DNA of 63,277 bases, filler included, from Trichomonas gallinae (GCA_008369845.1; 10 parts of 10 records of this genome joined end to end with filler, not necessarily neighbours in it), one strand, 5' to 3'; numbered from the whole stretch's first letter, positions 1 to 12,137 are shown. Made by a program: numbers and translations. Notes: generated by a model not told the origin, from the sequence alone.

Positions 1-4
<4 letters not shown>

Positions 5-34
<30 letters not shown>
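5..34 (+). repeat. A30 tract at window start, possible retroposon tail
   Basis: 30 consecutive A directly at the sequence start. Confidence 0.5.
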
Positions 35-35
<1 letters not shown>

Positions 36-460
36 GAAGTTTAAACCTTTCTAATGAAGGAAATTTTGAAATTATTTTTTCATCTATGTATTGCAGTCAC
101 AATTCTACAGAATGAATTGGAATATGGTCAGAATCTACTTTCGTGAAGCAAAATGGACCTTCAATTCGACCTTGAATGGAAATCTGTTTTTTTTTTATTT
201 TGAACAAATATTTTGGAAGGATTCATTTGATTTACTACTAATAATTAAATTTCAAACATAGCTGTTCAAATAAATTCAATCGTTATAAAAATGTCAAAAA
301 GTCAGAAGACTCATATTAATTTATTTTAATATTTACTCTTGACAACTCATAAATAGATGTGCTATTCTTAAAATATTATCTTTAACTGAATATTTGATTA
401 TTTAGTGCAAAATATATTTTAACATTGATGCTATATAATTACCACATGAATGATTTGTTT

Positions 461-1212
461 TTAATAGCTATTATCATCGAGAAAAATAAAAATGGTAAAG
501 GATAATAGACGTTTGAATGTGCAGTAATAGTGACAAGAAACTTCGCAAAAATCTGAATTCTTCAGAGAAGGTAGCAGAGATAAAATTTCATAACTATTAA
601 ATTTTATCCAAAGTTCAGACATGTATACGGAAATTGTAGAAGATTGGCCCTTTAAATAGCATAGAGGTCCTGGCATGTCATCATCAACATTATATGATAA
701 TGCAACACCAATAGGATAGTGCCAATTTCCGACTTTAGGATTGCCATCGATTAAGCACTGCGATTGATTTGACAATGCCAAACCTTTCAAAATTGTCGAT
801 TCAATACTATCAAATGTTTCACATTTTGATGGACGAGTAACGTTAGATTTGAAGTCTGTGGCAGTGTAACTCTTAAGAGGGTGTGAACTCTGGTTGAAAA
901 TGAAGAATGAGTCAGGAAGTTCATTGGGATAATATATCATGAAGTTGTAAACACCACCGATATAAAAACGTTCATCAATGGAGCCAATGACGCTAAATCT
1001 ATCAGTGGTATTGATAAAATATACTTCGTTTGCGGCAATAACTTTATCGGCGTTGAAATAATTTTTATTTTTTGAGTAATGATAAAATATGCGAACCCAA
1101 CTACTGCCATAAAGGGAGCATAGCTTATAGCCGTGAAAATATCTTTCATCTTGCAATAAGTTGGATCACACCTAATACTTGGGAGGAGAAAATTTTGCAA
1201 TAATAATATTAA
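461..1212 (-). pseudogene. Fibrinogen-C-like domain surface-family protein with disrupted 5' end
   Basis: WVRIFYH...RFSVIGSI...YNFMIYYP...GLALS...LIDG...NWHYPIG...PGP...ELWIK pattern; C-terminal SC+hydrophobic tail. Main frame has no ATG near its start (TTG 1156, TGA just upstream); signal-like LILLLQNFLLPSIRCDPTYC is in another frame. Confidence 0.55.
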
Positions 1213-1290
1213 GGTTAAAAAACTGTCCGGCCAAATAGAATCCTATCGTCATGACGAGAACTCATTATTCTATCCTAACGTTTTTTAACC
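1213..1290. mobile_element. 78-bp MITE-like element with 11-bp TIR GGTTAAAAAAC, related to the element end at 40869-40949
   Basis: GGTTAAAAAAC at 1213-1223 and GTTTTTTAACC at 1280-1290; shares TCCGGCCAAATAG and CTATCGTC with the reverse complement of 40905-40949. Confidence 0.55.
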
Positions 1291-1665
1291 ATGTTCATGT
1301 ATCAACTCGGCCATTATATGAGTGTAAACACATTTTCGAAGGTTATTATAGCAGATACTATAAACCAAACTGTTTCCAAGTAGAATTTCACTAGCTTTCT
1401 TTGTTTTGTGAGTAATATAATTATTTATCAAACATCTATAGAGAAACAAATCTTTTTCTATGATTATCATTAGTTTTGGAAACATATATTTTAAAAATTT
1501 ATATTATTGTGAGAAATTCTTCGAAAACATATTATTGACATTGAATGATGATGTACTAAATTATTTTTTGCTATATTTTTGTGCATTGCGTTGTTGTAAT
1601 TCGTAATTGTGGATATTCAAAAATATGCAGGGGTTGATAAAAATAATTAGGTTTCTTAATATTTT

Positions 1666-2757
1666 ATGGATTCTGTTCTTTCGATTGTTGAGAAAGGTCA
1701 GAATGAAGATTCTTATAAGTCCGTATTTACTCCAAAGGATGATAGTTTGCTAATAATAGCCGCAATGGCTCTTCCTTTTTCACAAATTCATTATCTTTGT
1801 AACTTTGAAGTCGATTATACGTCAAACGCACTATTAACACACTTTATTGAAATACTCAAGCATCCATTAACCAATGTCAGAATAAGCAAAAATAAAACTA
1901 TTATCGTTCCTTGGAGCACTGAAGAAGATTTTTGGATCTACTGCATTAGAAACCACAAGGAACTAGAAAGCAACCAACTTGTGCAGATATTAAAGTCAAA
2001 AATTAATCCGACACGTTCAAAACGGGAAATTAAAAAACGTATTGAAAGAATCAGAGATTATAATGAAGATAATATCACAGAGTTGATAAACAAAATGTCT
2101 GATATAATCATTACTGATAAAATTATCGCAGAAATCTGCACAGTTAAAGATTCACATACAATTGTATCAGAATACAAATGTAAAAAGAGGGAAGATAAAG
2201 TATTCCCGTTTGGAGCTCATAGTAAAATAATCCATTTGGCACAGCAAACACCAGATATTGCGGATCAATATTTCAATGGCGATGAAATTGCAATTTTAAC
2301 AACAGAAAATCTTCTATTTAGATTGAAAAAGCAGTATAATGTAATTGGTTACACAACACCATCATGTATGGTTGACGTTGATTTGAAAATGTTTATTGAC
2401 GTTGAATGTTATCATATATCGACCAAGCAAGCTATCATATATCTACTTGATGATTGTAATTTTTATATAGAAAACATAGGAATGAATATATTCAGAGTAA
2501 ATGGAATAATAATTCCACCAACAAAGTGCTGTTATCTTCCATTTTACTCAATCATCGATTTTGCAGATAACTTGTTTATGTTTATACCAAATCTTAAATT
2601 ACTTAACAATATTTACAGAATATATCAACAAAAATTAGAAAACGCAAACAAACAAGAGCAAAAACAACCAGTAAACGAATCTGATGTTAATGACATAAGT
2701 ATCGCAGGTATAAACCTTCCTAACAAATTATATATTAGCGATCCATTCATATTATAA
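1666..2757 (+). CDS. FHA-domain protein, MCRS1/microspherule-like
   Basis: PWSTEED Myb-like motif; C-terminal HISTKQAII...FYIENIG...FRVNG FHA pattern. Confidence 0.7.
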   Translation: MDSVLSIVEKGQNEDSYKSVFTPKDDSLLIIAAMALPFSQIHYLCNFEVDYTSNALLTHFIEILKHPLTNVRISKNKTIIVPWSTEEDFWIYCIRNHKELESNQLVQILKSKINPTRSKREIKKRIERIRDYNEDNITELINKMSDIIITDKIIAEICTVKDSHTIVSEYKCKKREDKVFPFGAHSKIIHLAQQTPDIADQYFNGDEIAILTTENLLFRLKKQYNVIGYTTPSCMVDVDLKMFIDVECYHISTKQAIIYLLDDCNFYIENIGMNIFRVNGIIIPPTKCCYLPFYSIIDFADNLFMFIPNLKLLNNIYRIYQQKLENANKQEQKQPVNESDVNDISIAGINLPNKLYISDPFIL

Positions 2758-3176
2758 ATAATTGTATGTATTAATAAAAATATTTATGTTTATTTCAACT
2801 ATAGTCATTATATCTCATCATGAAATTTATATACAAAGAAAAATTTGATATTTTTCCTTTTGTGTCTGATATAATAATATAATGATATATATAATGTGAC
2901 TAATAATCATATTAGCTAATATATACTACAAATAATACTATAAAAATATATATCATTTTAGAATATTTGATAGATTATAAGATTTTGTTAACGCTACTCA
3001 TATATTTTTGAAGCATCACTATGCTATATATATGAAAGTAATTCATCATTTACTAGCTACTTATATATTACACAGTCAGATGGATGAGAAATATATCATA
3101 AATAATTTTTGATTTGCAAAATTTACATGTCAAAAATATGTGTCAATTTTTTTGATGTTGATATTAAATCACATCA

Positions 3177-4403
3177 ATGAAAAATTCTAAAACAGAATCT
3201 GATACAAAAACAGATCAATTTGTAGAAGAAACATACAAAGAAGGCCAATTTGATGCGAATGAGAGCTTGTCTAAGATGTCTGAGCTGATTCATATTTTCA
3301 ATCCTTTATCAAGCCTGATTATGATCAAAATTGAAAATGTAAACATTTCTTCAATAGTCTTTAATAACAAATTTGATCAATTGCAACTACAAAACGATCA
3401 ATTTAAGAAATTCGTTGAATCAAATGCAAAATATATACGTAAATGTATGGATTATATATCGAAAATGATTGATTTATCAAACAACTATCATGAACAGCAT
3501 TCAAAATTACAACAATCATCTCAACAACTCGAAAATGAGTTAAAAACTATACAATCAGATGTTTTTCAGCTTCAATCATCACTTGAGCAGAGCTATAATT
3601 CATATACAGATGCTAGTAACATCATCAATGAAGTATCACGCGCTATTCAATGCACAATAAAAATGAAATATCCAATAAATGATGAAATTACTAAGCTTAC
3701 AACTATTCAGAAAGGATTACAGCATGATTATGATGATACAGAAGAAATTCTCAAAGGTATCAATAAACAGTTATCAATAACTAAGAATGAAAAATCTAAC
3801 TTGGATTCTGAACTTATTTCCAAGCGTTCAGACCTTCGATCAGCTAAGTTAGGTCTAACTACAGATGAGACAAGCGCAAAATCAATTAAGCAAAAGCTTC
3901 AGCAGACAATTTCAGAAATTCCAAATCTCAGAAGCAGATTGGATGAAATAACAAATATTCAAAACGAAAGAATTCATCTTCATGAGCAATTTCAATCAGA
4001 GATTCTTCAAACTCAGCAAGAAAATGAAAATATCGCAAAAGAAATTGAAAAGTTCAATAACAGACTTGATGAATCCAAAGCAACTAACGAAAAATATAGC
4101 AAAACTATCAATGATCTCGAGGAGAACATCAATAGGATCAATTCCAGTCAACAAAAATTAGAATTAAATTATTCAAATCTTACATCTAAACATAATGAGT
4201 TCAAACACACTCATGAATTGAAAAAGACTCAGATGCAAGCCTATATTGAATCTATAAGAAATAAAGCAGCAGAACTTGAGGCCGATATTTCTTTGATATC
4301 TTCACAGATATCTAAACTTGCATCTGAGAAAGAGCTACCCAAAGAAATACCAAACAGGAAGTCCAATATACCAAGGTCAAGGCTATTTCCTTCACAATTC
4401 TAA
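3177..4403 (+). CDS. Coiled-coil protein
   Basis: 408-aa ORF, long Q/E/K/S-rich heptad pattern. Confidence 0.75.
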   Translation: MKNSKTESDTKTDQFVEETYKEGQFDANESLSKMSELIHIFNPLSSLIMIKIENVNISSIVFNNKFDQLQLQNDQFKKFVESNAKYIRKCMDYISKMIDLSNNYHEQHSKLQQSSQQLENELKTIQSDVFQLQSSLEQSYNSYTDASNIINEVSRAIQCTIKMKYPINDEITKLTTIQKGLQHDYDDTEEILKGINKQLSITKNEKSNLDSELISKRSDLRSAKLGLTTDETSAKSIKQKLQQTISEIPNLRSRLDEITNIQNERIHLHEQFQSEILQTQQENENIAKEIEKFNNRLDESKATNEKYSKTINDLEENINRINSSQQKLELNYSNLTSKHNEFKHTHELKKTQMQAYIESIRNKAAELEADISLISSQISKLASEKELPKEIPNRKSNIPRSRLFPSQF

Positions 4404-4949
4404 TAAAATTGCCATTCCGTAATCAAACATCACCTATCTTTTAAAAAACATATAGTATATGATAATATCTCTTTCTTTCAAGTCTTAAAAAAGCCTTATT
4501 CGAATTCAAGTAACTTACGACTATAAACAAAAATAGGAGCTGAGGAAGCTATTATAGCTTATATAAAGTCGATATAATACAAACATCACCATGAATTTTC
4601 AGATAAATTTATAAAATGAAAAATATTCTTTATACATCTACTATTCCAAAGAGTTATAGATTTCATAGATAATTTTCAATACAATATTAGGATATCACAG
4701 TACATTTCAAGAGATTATTGAAAAAAAATAAAATATAAGAATTTTGATTCATTTATTCATATGCACACTATAAAACATCTTCTAAATATGGATTCAAATC
4801 GTTGCCATGAAATTTCCGATGATTTTTTCAAAACCAATTTTATTGCCATCATTTTAACACTGTAATTCATCTACAAACCCTAAAATCGACTCCAATTATA
4901 AAATTAAGGTTGAGAACGGTGGAGTACAATTTTTGTGTTTATTTCAAAA

Positions 4950-5190
4950 ATCTGGACTAAAATTTTAACCAAAATAATTTTAAATCTAATATATACAACA
5001 AAAATTATATCTAAATCCAAAATTTCAAAAACATGGACTAAAATTTTAGCCAAAAAAAATTGAAATATATGATATAGATAAAATATTGTATTTAAATCTT
5101 AAATAATAAGAAAAAATTATATTTATACCCAAAATTTCGCCAAAATATTTTAAATATAAGACACTTAAAGGAAATTATATCTAAATCTCA
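4950..5190. repeat. Degenerate AT-rich tandem repeat (~80-bp unit)
   Basis: GGACTAAAATTTTA at ~4954 and ~5035; recurring AAATTATATCTAAATC. Confidence 0.45.
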
Positions 5191-5230
5191 AATATTTTCA
5201 TGGGCAAAATTTTTTTTAGTTTTTTTATCA

Positions 5231-5237
5231 AACCGTT
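5231..5237 (+). promoter_or_regulatory. Trichomonas M3-type (Myb-site) core promoter motif
   Basis: AACCGTT about 60 bp upstream of the Vps55 ATG. Confidence 0.45.
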
Positions 5238-5294
5238 CTCGGTGAAGAAAAAAACCGTCCTAAAATTTTTTTTTATTTTTATAAATTTCAGACT

Positions 5295-5693
5295 ATGATT
5301 CAGGCAGCTCCTTACATTGTTATTGGTGTTTTCGGTACAATTGCGATTGTTCTCTATATTGCCGGTTGTGCAATCACTAAAACATGGTGGCCAATGTTTG
5401 GTATCATTCCAGCTATCCTTTCCTGCGTCTTTGGAATTTCTCTTTCCACAAAACTTGACGATGACAGCTACAAGGATGATGAAAGTTGCGAAATTTTCAC
5501 AGCAGACTCTGTTTTATTCTACCTTTGCTGCTCCGTCGTTTCATGCATTGCCTTAGTTGTCGTTTTCTGGCACGCTGGTATCATCAACAACAAATGCTTG
5601 GGCTTCACACTCGGTGGTGATGCAGCAACAACAGTTGGCTTCATTATCTTCATGATCCTCTACAACAAGATTGAAGGTGACAGCAACTTCTAA
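5295..5693 (+). CDS. VPS55: Vps55/LEPROT family membrane protein
   Basis: 132 aa, four hydrophobic segments, AGCAITKTWWPMF matches the Vps55 CAL..WWPLF motif. Confidence 0.8.
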   Translation: MIQAAPYIVIGVFGTIAIVLYIAGCAITKTWWPMFGIIPAILSCVFGISLSTKLDDDSYKDDESCEIFTADSVLFYLCCSVVSCIALVVVFWHAGIINNKCLGFTLGGDAATTVGFIIFMILYNKIEGDSNF

Positions 5694-5900
5694 ATTCAGT
5701 TTTGTTATAAAGAGTTTATTTATTAAATGATTTAAATTACTACTATATCCAAAAAAATGATTTTTGAACTAACAAAATATAATTTTTTTGATTAGAATTA
5801 TAAAATGAGCTTAAAATTTAAAGACGTGTCATGACTTATGAATATATTTTTATAACAATGTTTACAATACCAAACAAAAATTTTATCAAAAATAATTCTT

Positions 5901-6827
5901 CTAATTATTTGAAGATGACAGACTGTTAACCTGATTTCTATCTGATGTAACCTCTGCTCTGAGCTTTTCTAATAACTCTAATTCTTCTCTTCGTGTATAA
6001 TGTCTTTCTGTTCTCTTTTCTCCGAGAATTGCATATGCATTATTGATTTTGACCTTGATATCATTAATTTCCGACTCAATTCGTGAAATAACTTCTTCTA
6101 ATTTTGGAATTACATCTGGAGCCTGAGGAAGTGGCTCATTTACTACAGTTTCTGCATGTTCTTTTATCATTTCTAGCTGTTTTTCACGTTTTTTAATCTC
6201 TGCAATTGCATCTTTTGCTCTTTGTTGTAAATCTTTTCGTGGTTTTGATAGTTTTACCTTGAATGACTTGTTTCTAGACTCTAATTGAACTCTTTTCTGC
6301 ACAAGTTTGGTATACTGTTGTATAGGAAATTCTCGAGATAATGTAAATTGTTCAAATTCCTGAATTGCGCGTTCATCTATATCAGGACTTGGGAACCCTA
6401 AGCATAAGATCGGGTATTTAATGTTTTCATTTAACTCTGATGTATCTTCGATTAATTTGAATGTTGCTGTTGCATTTAAGAATCCTAGGAACTCAATAAT
6501 GACTGTATGAGGGTTATCTGGTAATGGGAACTCTTCTGTTGAGACGTGAAATGACTGTGGAGGATTTTCATCAATTGTTAAAATAATTGAACAATCAAAA
6601 TGCGAAAAATATGATAGATATGAACTAACAATATCGCAAATAGGAAAAGCAACTTTATGCTCTTGTATATATACAGTGATTCTTCCATCAGCAACAGTTT
6701 GCAAGACCATTCCATCCATAACATCGGTCAATTCTTCAAGCATTATTGTTGCCTGTGTGTCATCTTCTATAAATGCATCCCAAACTAGATCCAATGGGCG
6801 ATTAATGGACTCAAATAAATCGCCCAT
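5901..6827 (-). CDS. Hypothetical protein with C-terminal coiled coil
   Basis: 308-aa ATG-initiated ORF. Confidence 0.7.
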   Translation of the reverse strand: MGDLFESINRPLDLVWDAFIEDDTQATIMLEELTDVMDGMVLQTVADGRITVYIQEHKVAFPICDIVSSYLSYFSHFDCSIILTIDENPPQSFHVSTEEFPLPDNPHTVIIEFLGFLNATATFKLIEDTSELNENIKYPILCLGFPSPDIDERAIQEFEQFTLSREFPIQQYTKLVQKRVQLESRNKSFKVKLSKPRKDLQQRAKDAIAEIKKREKQLEMIKEHAETVVNEPLPQAPDVIPKLEEVISRIESEINDIKVKINNAYAILGEKRTERHYTRREELELLEKLRAEVTSDRNQVNSLSSSNN

Positions 6828-7214
6828 TTTTTTAATAAACCGAAAAATTAATAAAATTTAAATTAAATAAGATTATTTAATAATATCATATAAAGGTTAT
6901 ATTATTCAAATTTGAGCGAGAAATGACATATATTGTTTTATTATCGAATAATAATCATGAAAAACAAAGATCTAGAAATTGATCTCTATTATATCATTAT
7001 AGTATGTGTTATGCTATTGCTGTTAGCTATTAAAATAGTTTATATCTTATTATATATGTCAATACTAGTCAAAAAGAAGCATGGAGTAATTTTTGACAAT
7101 TGTCAAAAAAAACTTGTCAGATTTTTATGAAAGATTTTTAAATCAAAATATTATATATTTATCCTATGTAGATTAAAAATTACGTTTAAAATTTCATTTT
7201 TCGATCATTTTTTA

Positions 7215-8174
7215 ATGAAAAGATTGAATATTTCGCCTCTGTGGACTGAAAAAGAGGCAAATACTGAGGTTTTTTCAGTAAGAGTGTCGCCTGATGGACA
7301 AAATGTTGCTGCCACGTTATCAAATGGCCATATCATGCTTAGATCGATTGCTACTGGAAGAACATCTTTCAATATTGTTCATTCAGCGAAAAATTTTGCC
7401 GTAACATCGATAAGATTCAATCCTGTACTTCCTAAAACGTTCATTTCCATATCTTCTGATGGATTAATCAAAGAATGGAATTCAAAATCGCCAAAAACGA
7501 TTTGGTCATTCACAGAAAAAGAAAATCAGTTATATGCACTTGATATAAATAAAAATGGACAGATATTTGCGACAGCAGGATCAGATGCAACTGTTAGAAT
7601 TTATGATGATAAGACAAAACAATGCACACATTCATTTGCACGCGCAAAATTTGATTTTACAAGTCCTAGTGGGCATAGTGATCGAATCTATTGCGTCCAC
7701 TTTTTAAATCACGATGCAAATCTTCTTGCAAGCGGTGGATGGGATAATACAATCCAGATTTGGGATTTAAGACAGCAAAATTCGGTGTTGGTTATTCCAA
7801 ATCCACACATTTGCGGTGATTCTATCGATTCAACTAAAAATTATTTACTTGCAGGCAGCTGGAGAACGCACGCTCAACTCCAACTGTTTGATATACGCAC
7901 AGGAAAGTGTTTGAAGCAAACAAGATGGTCTACTTTGAGTGATGATAATCAAGCTCAAATTTATACAGTTAAATTCATTCCCGATGGCTCACATTTCATT
8001 GCAGGTGGATCTGAGACGAATCAAGCAAAAATATACTCAACAGAACAGTTTACATCTGTTGGATCATCAATAACATTCCCTGGTGGTGTATATTCATCTG
8101 CAATCACTAAGGATGGAAAATCTGTTATATTTGGATTATCAAGTGGCCATATTCAAATGCATAATATTTTATAA
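7215..8174 (+). CDS. WD40-repeat protein
   Basis: GHSDRIYCV...LASGGWDNTIQIWD and FATAGSDATVRIYD WD repeats. Confidence 0.9.
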   Translation: MKRLNISPLWTEKEANTEVFSVRVSPDGQNVAATLSNGHIMLRSIATGRTSFNIVHSAKNFAVTSIRFNPVLPKTFISISSDGLIKEWNSKSPKTIWSFTEKENQLYALDINKNGQIFATAGSDATVRIYDDKTKQCTHSFARAKFDFTSPSGHSDRIYCVHFLNHDANLLASGGWDNTIQIWDLRQQNSVLVIPNPHICGDSIDSTKNYLLAGSWRTHAQLQLFDIRTGKCLKQTRWSTLSDDNQAQIYTVKFIPDGSHFIAGGSETNQAKIYSTEQFTSVGSSITFPGGVYSSAITKDGKSVIFGLSSGHIQMHNIL

Positions 8175-8503
8175 TTTGTTTTTTTTTTTTTTAGCTAATA
8201 CTATATTTAAACCTGTTTATTTGTATATTTGGAAATTATATACTATAAAGCTTCCAAAAAGAAAATATTTTTCAAAAATAACTAATTTATTATATGCATT
8301 ATTAGACCGAGTTTTATATTTTCATTTCTCTTCAATATCATAATCATATGTTCATTTCTTCAAAATAAAGAATATGAAGATAAATCAAATATATCAACAA
8401 ATATTTATTAAGAATTGCTTTGTATAATTAAAACATATCAATTTTTAGATATATTAAATTAGTATTTCAATGAGAAAAATGGGCAGTATCATATAAATTA
8501 TTC

Positions 8504-9250
8504 ATGTTTTCTTCACTTTTTATCATCGTAAAAATGCGACATTTACTGAAAAAAAATTCATTGGAAATAACTAGTGATGCTATGATGAAAGAGCTTGAAA
8601 AACCTGTATTTCAAAGTAGTGTATACACTGGTGAATTGTTTTGCTATCATATTGCATTTAAAAACGCTTTCACAATCTATCTTCCGGAATTATTAGATTC
8701 TTTAGAATATAATTCATTATATAAACTATATACTACCATTGGACAGCAACGAGATATGTTTTATCAGTTAAATATCAAATCTGAATATTTGAATTTAATA
8801 TCAGAGTCAATGGACGATGGGAATCAAATTTTGCTTGATTTAATTAAGAATTTTCATATAAATTTACATGTAGCACAAACAATTTTCAAAGAATGGTTTT
8901 TAAGATTAAAACAGCAAAGATCTATGGTTAAAAGCATTGATGAATGGAATATGAAACGAGAAGAAAACATTGAAGATCTGAGAAAAGTCCAGCTTAATCT
9001 TGAAACAATAGTCAATTCAGGGAATAATCTATTAAAACAAATTACAATTTATTGTAACGATTCATCATCAGAAGCAGATAAATCATTTATTGATAACAAC
9101 ACTGTCAACTCAACCCAACCAAAATTTGAATCAGAATCTCCTATTAATAATAGCAATTCTTATGAAAGTAGACCTGTTTTTAATCATGCATGCATAGAAC
9201 AATACTCTCCACAAAAGAGAACAAAAACAAATAGATATTTTGATTATTAA
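8504..9250 (+). CDS. Hypothetical helical/coiled-coil protein
   Basis: 248-aa ORF; start could be ATG 8534. Confidence 0.6.
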   Translation: MFSSLFIIVKMRHLLKKNSLEITSDAMMKELEKPVFQSSVYTGELFCYHIAFKNAFTIYLPELLDSLEYNSLYKLYTTIGQQRDMFYQLNIKSEYLNLISESMDDGNQILLDLIKNFHINLHVAQTIFKEWFLRLKQQRSMVKSIDEWNMKREENIEDLRKVQLNLETIVNSGNNLLKQITIYCNDSSSEADKSFIDNNTVNSTQPKFESESPINNSNSYESRPVFNHACIEQYSPQKRTKTNRYFDY

Positions 9251-9647
9251 CAAGTTGTCTTCAAGGCAGCATATCTCAAGTATTTATTTTGATAGATGAT
9301 GAATCATTATAGTATCAAATTCATTACCCGCATGAAATAATTGATTTATAATTTCAGTACTTTGTTTATTAGATTAATAATCAAAATTAACAAAGAATAG
9401 AATTAGATGCTTATAGAAAAAGCATAATACTACGATTTCAAAAGCGAACTTTGGCTATAAACGAATTTCAAAATCAAATATTCTGCTAGATTGACCTAAA
9501 ATCAAGTTTCTAAAAAGAAAAACATTTAATTCTTGTATTCTTATTCATTATATTACAATATCAAATACTGATTTTGCATTTTATTAAAAATTCAAAATCA
9601 AATTTCGAAAAGAATAGTATTTAATATATATACAAACAAATATTATA

Positions 9648-12137
9648 TTACAATTTATGAACTTGATCAAGAAGGTCATCGATTTGGTTCTTTTTCTCAG
9701 CATCGTGGAATATCTTCTTAAATACGTCATCGAAAGTATTTGGAATTGGAAATGCCCATTGATTTGTTTCTTGAGATGCAGTCGACTTTCTAACTTTTCT
9801 CACTTTCTTCTTCTTTGTTCCGACATCTGATGTTTTTTCGACTTTTTCGTTTGCGTTAGAAGAAGCTGTCGATGAGTTCTTCTTCCTCTTCTTGCCAGTG
9901 CTTGCGCCGCTCTGCTTCTGTGACCCGCTTTTCTGGCTGTGGTCAGTGGAAGCGTCAGACTGCGGAGGCTGTGGAATAGAAATTTTCTTTCTCATAATTC
10001 TTTTTCGCTTCTTCTTCACTGGATGACTTTCGTCTTTAGCTGGTTCTTCTAATGTCATCAGGTTCTCCTCTGACTTCGACTTTTTGCCCTTTTTGAGTTG
10101 AACGTTTGACTCAACCGGTACTAGTCTAATTCCGTCATCGCCGACTTCTATTGTTAATTCAGTTCTTGTTGCATCTCCTTCAGAAGTGTTCGCCATATCT
10201 ACTGTCCTCATTCCATCAGGAGACGGCTGCGTTGGCTTCAAGAAGCGTGGGAATAACGGCTGATTTTCTTCCCTGTAGATCTCAAAAGGCAGCTCGAATG
10301 GGCTGACTTCTTCGTTCAATGTCGGCTGAGGATGTTTGAACAAACTCGTGACTCTGTATAACTCAGAGTCCGAAATAAGGCCGCTGGAGTGCAGATGCTT
10401 GAGGTCTTTGTAAGGGAAACTGACAGCAATGCTTCTTTTGTTTCCGGCAGCTTTCCAGCAAAAATCAAAAAGCGACTTAGGGCTTCTTGGAAATGCACCG
10501 TCTATATTCAAGAAAGCTATTGGAGTGTCTGCAGTAAATAAGCCTCTTGCTTCGATAATTCCTCTGTCGCGACATCTTGAATCAGAAAGATCAACATATT
10601 CTATTGTTTTCGACTGTTGTAGATTTCTCAAAATTGAGCAAATATTGGCGCCCATGTATTTGTCTTCTGTTCCTTTAATTACCAAAGATTTCAAGCTCGT
10701 TGACTTTAGAATTATTGGCTCTAAGTGTTTAACCATGTCTCCATCAGATTCAGAGAAGCAGCCTGAAAGAGAAAGATAATCAATCTGTGGATTCTTGGCG
10801 AGGAAATTGAAGAAGCGAGAAGTGACAGGATTTTCATCCCATATCAAGCAGCTCAAGCGTTTTATCTCCATAGGACGGATAGCGTTGAACAGGCGTGTAA
10901 ACTCAGATTGCGATGAATCTGCGCGCGATAAATCAAGTCTGATTGTTTGAGAGAAAATTGACGAAAGTGAAGTAAACAGATAAACCATACTATTGTCTTC
11001 CCATTTAACATCCTGCATTTGGAGGCAAGTCACGGAATGAGGCAGACAAGGAAGCGACTGAGTGCTGTAGTTGAATTTGTTGCCGCTAACATTCAATAAT
11101 CGTAAACTTTCGAGTTTTGCGCTGCTCAAAGATTTGAAGATTTCGATTATATCCATTTGGCAGTTCGCAAACGACAATGCTTCAATGTAACTAAGGTTTC
11201 TGACTATTAAACCTATGTCCATGTCAGACATTCCTTCTAAATTTAAAACTGTGAGCTGTTTTCCGACAATTGGAAGAAAAATGTTGTAAAAACATGGGTA
11301 AATGCTCTTACTGATAGCGTTTTTGAGTGATATAGAGCATATGTATTTATCTGTCATGCATTTGGCGAGTGATCTAAGATTTGTTTCGTTTAATGATGTT
11401 CTTGAAAAAGTTAATCCATGGAGAGGAATGTCTTTGTTACGAGAAAGATGCCTGAGGAAGGAGTCATAATGCTTTGTGATCGGTCCTTCTATTTCAATAG
11501 ACTCAAGGAAGCTACTTTCGCAAACTAAAGTCGATAACAAATCGTAAACATCAATATTGTCTGTATTATAAGTCTGTATTGTTGTTACTGTAGGACAAAG
11601 AGGTAATATATCAAAGAAAACTTGCATGGCTTCGCGTTGATTATCGAATTTTGAAAAATCGACGCAACCTATTGAGTATGTAAGTATTTCTGAAATCAAA
11701 TCGAATGTTTGTTTGGAAATTTGGGAGTTATTTAGCTTGGCACGCTCTGTTAGCCTCAGCATTGCAGAGATCGGCGTTGGAGCTGGTCTATCTTCAGGTG
11801 ATTCGAAATAACCGAACGAGATTAGCTCGGTGGGACGTAAAATACGTGGTAAAATGTCCAATAGAATGTTTTGTATTTGCGGAGTTTTTTCCGATTCAAA
11901 ATAAACTCGAAAATTTCCAAATAATAAGTCGATGGTGTCTTCGGTTACCTGCATTTTTGATACTTTGAACCATGAATATGAAACAAGCGGCAAATTATCT
12001 TGCTTATTGCAATAAGTCAGCCTCGAGTTCGAAATTAGCAGATATTTTTCGGTTTTCGCGATGAGGTCGAGGACAACCGTAGCAAGACGAGGAATTTCAC
12101 CTCGACTTCTCGCTCCGGTAAATAAAATTTCTTCCAT
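9648..12137 (-). CDS. RNI-like leucine-rich repeat protein (CARMIL-like architecture)
   Basis: N-terminal PH-like region, LRLLNVSGN/IDYLSLSGC/IEYVDLSD LRRs, basic low-complexity tail; first ATG 12137 (track start is TTG). Confidence 0.75.
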   Translation of the reverse strand: MEEILFTGARSRGEIPRLATVVLDLIAKTEKYLLISNSRLTYCNKQDNLPLVSYSWFKVSKMQVTEDTIDLLFGNFRVYFESEKTPQIQNILLDILPRILRPTELISFGYFESPEDRPAPTPISAMLRLTERAKLNNSQISKQTFDLISEILTYSIGCVDFSKFDNQREAMQVFFDILPLCPTVTTIQTYNTDNIDVYDLLSTLVCESSFLESIEIEGPITKHYDSFLRHLSRNKDIPLHGLTFSRTSLNETNLRSLAKCMTDKYICSISLKNAISKSIYPCFYNIFLPIVGKQLTVLNLEGMSDMDIGLIVRNLSYIEALSFANCQMDIIEIFKSLSSAKLESLRLLNVSGNKFNYSTQSLPCLPHSVTCLQMQDVKWEDNSMVYLFTSLSSIFSQTIRLDLSRADSSQSEFTRLFNAIRPMEIKRLSCLIWDENPVTSRFFNFLAKNPQIDYLSLSGCFSESDGDMVKHLEPIILKSTSLKSLVIKGTEDKYMGANICSILRNLQQSKTIEYVDLSDSRCRDRGIIEARGLFTADTPIAFLNIDGAFPRSPKSLFDFCWKAAGNKRSIAVSFPYKDLKHLHSSGLISDSELYRVTSLFKHPQPTLNEEVSPFELPFEIYREENQPLFPRFLKPTQPSPDGMRTVDMANTSEGDATRTELTIEVGDDGIRLVPVESNVQLKKGKKSKSEENLMTLEEPAKDESHPVKKKRKRIMRKKISIPQPPQSDASTDHSQKSGSQKQSGASTGKKRKKNSSTASSNANEKVEKTSDVGTKKKKVRKVRKSTASQETNQWAFPIPNTFDDVFKKIFHDAEKKNQIDDLLDQVHKL

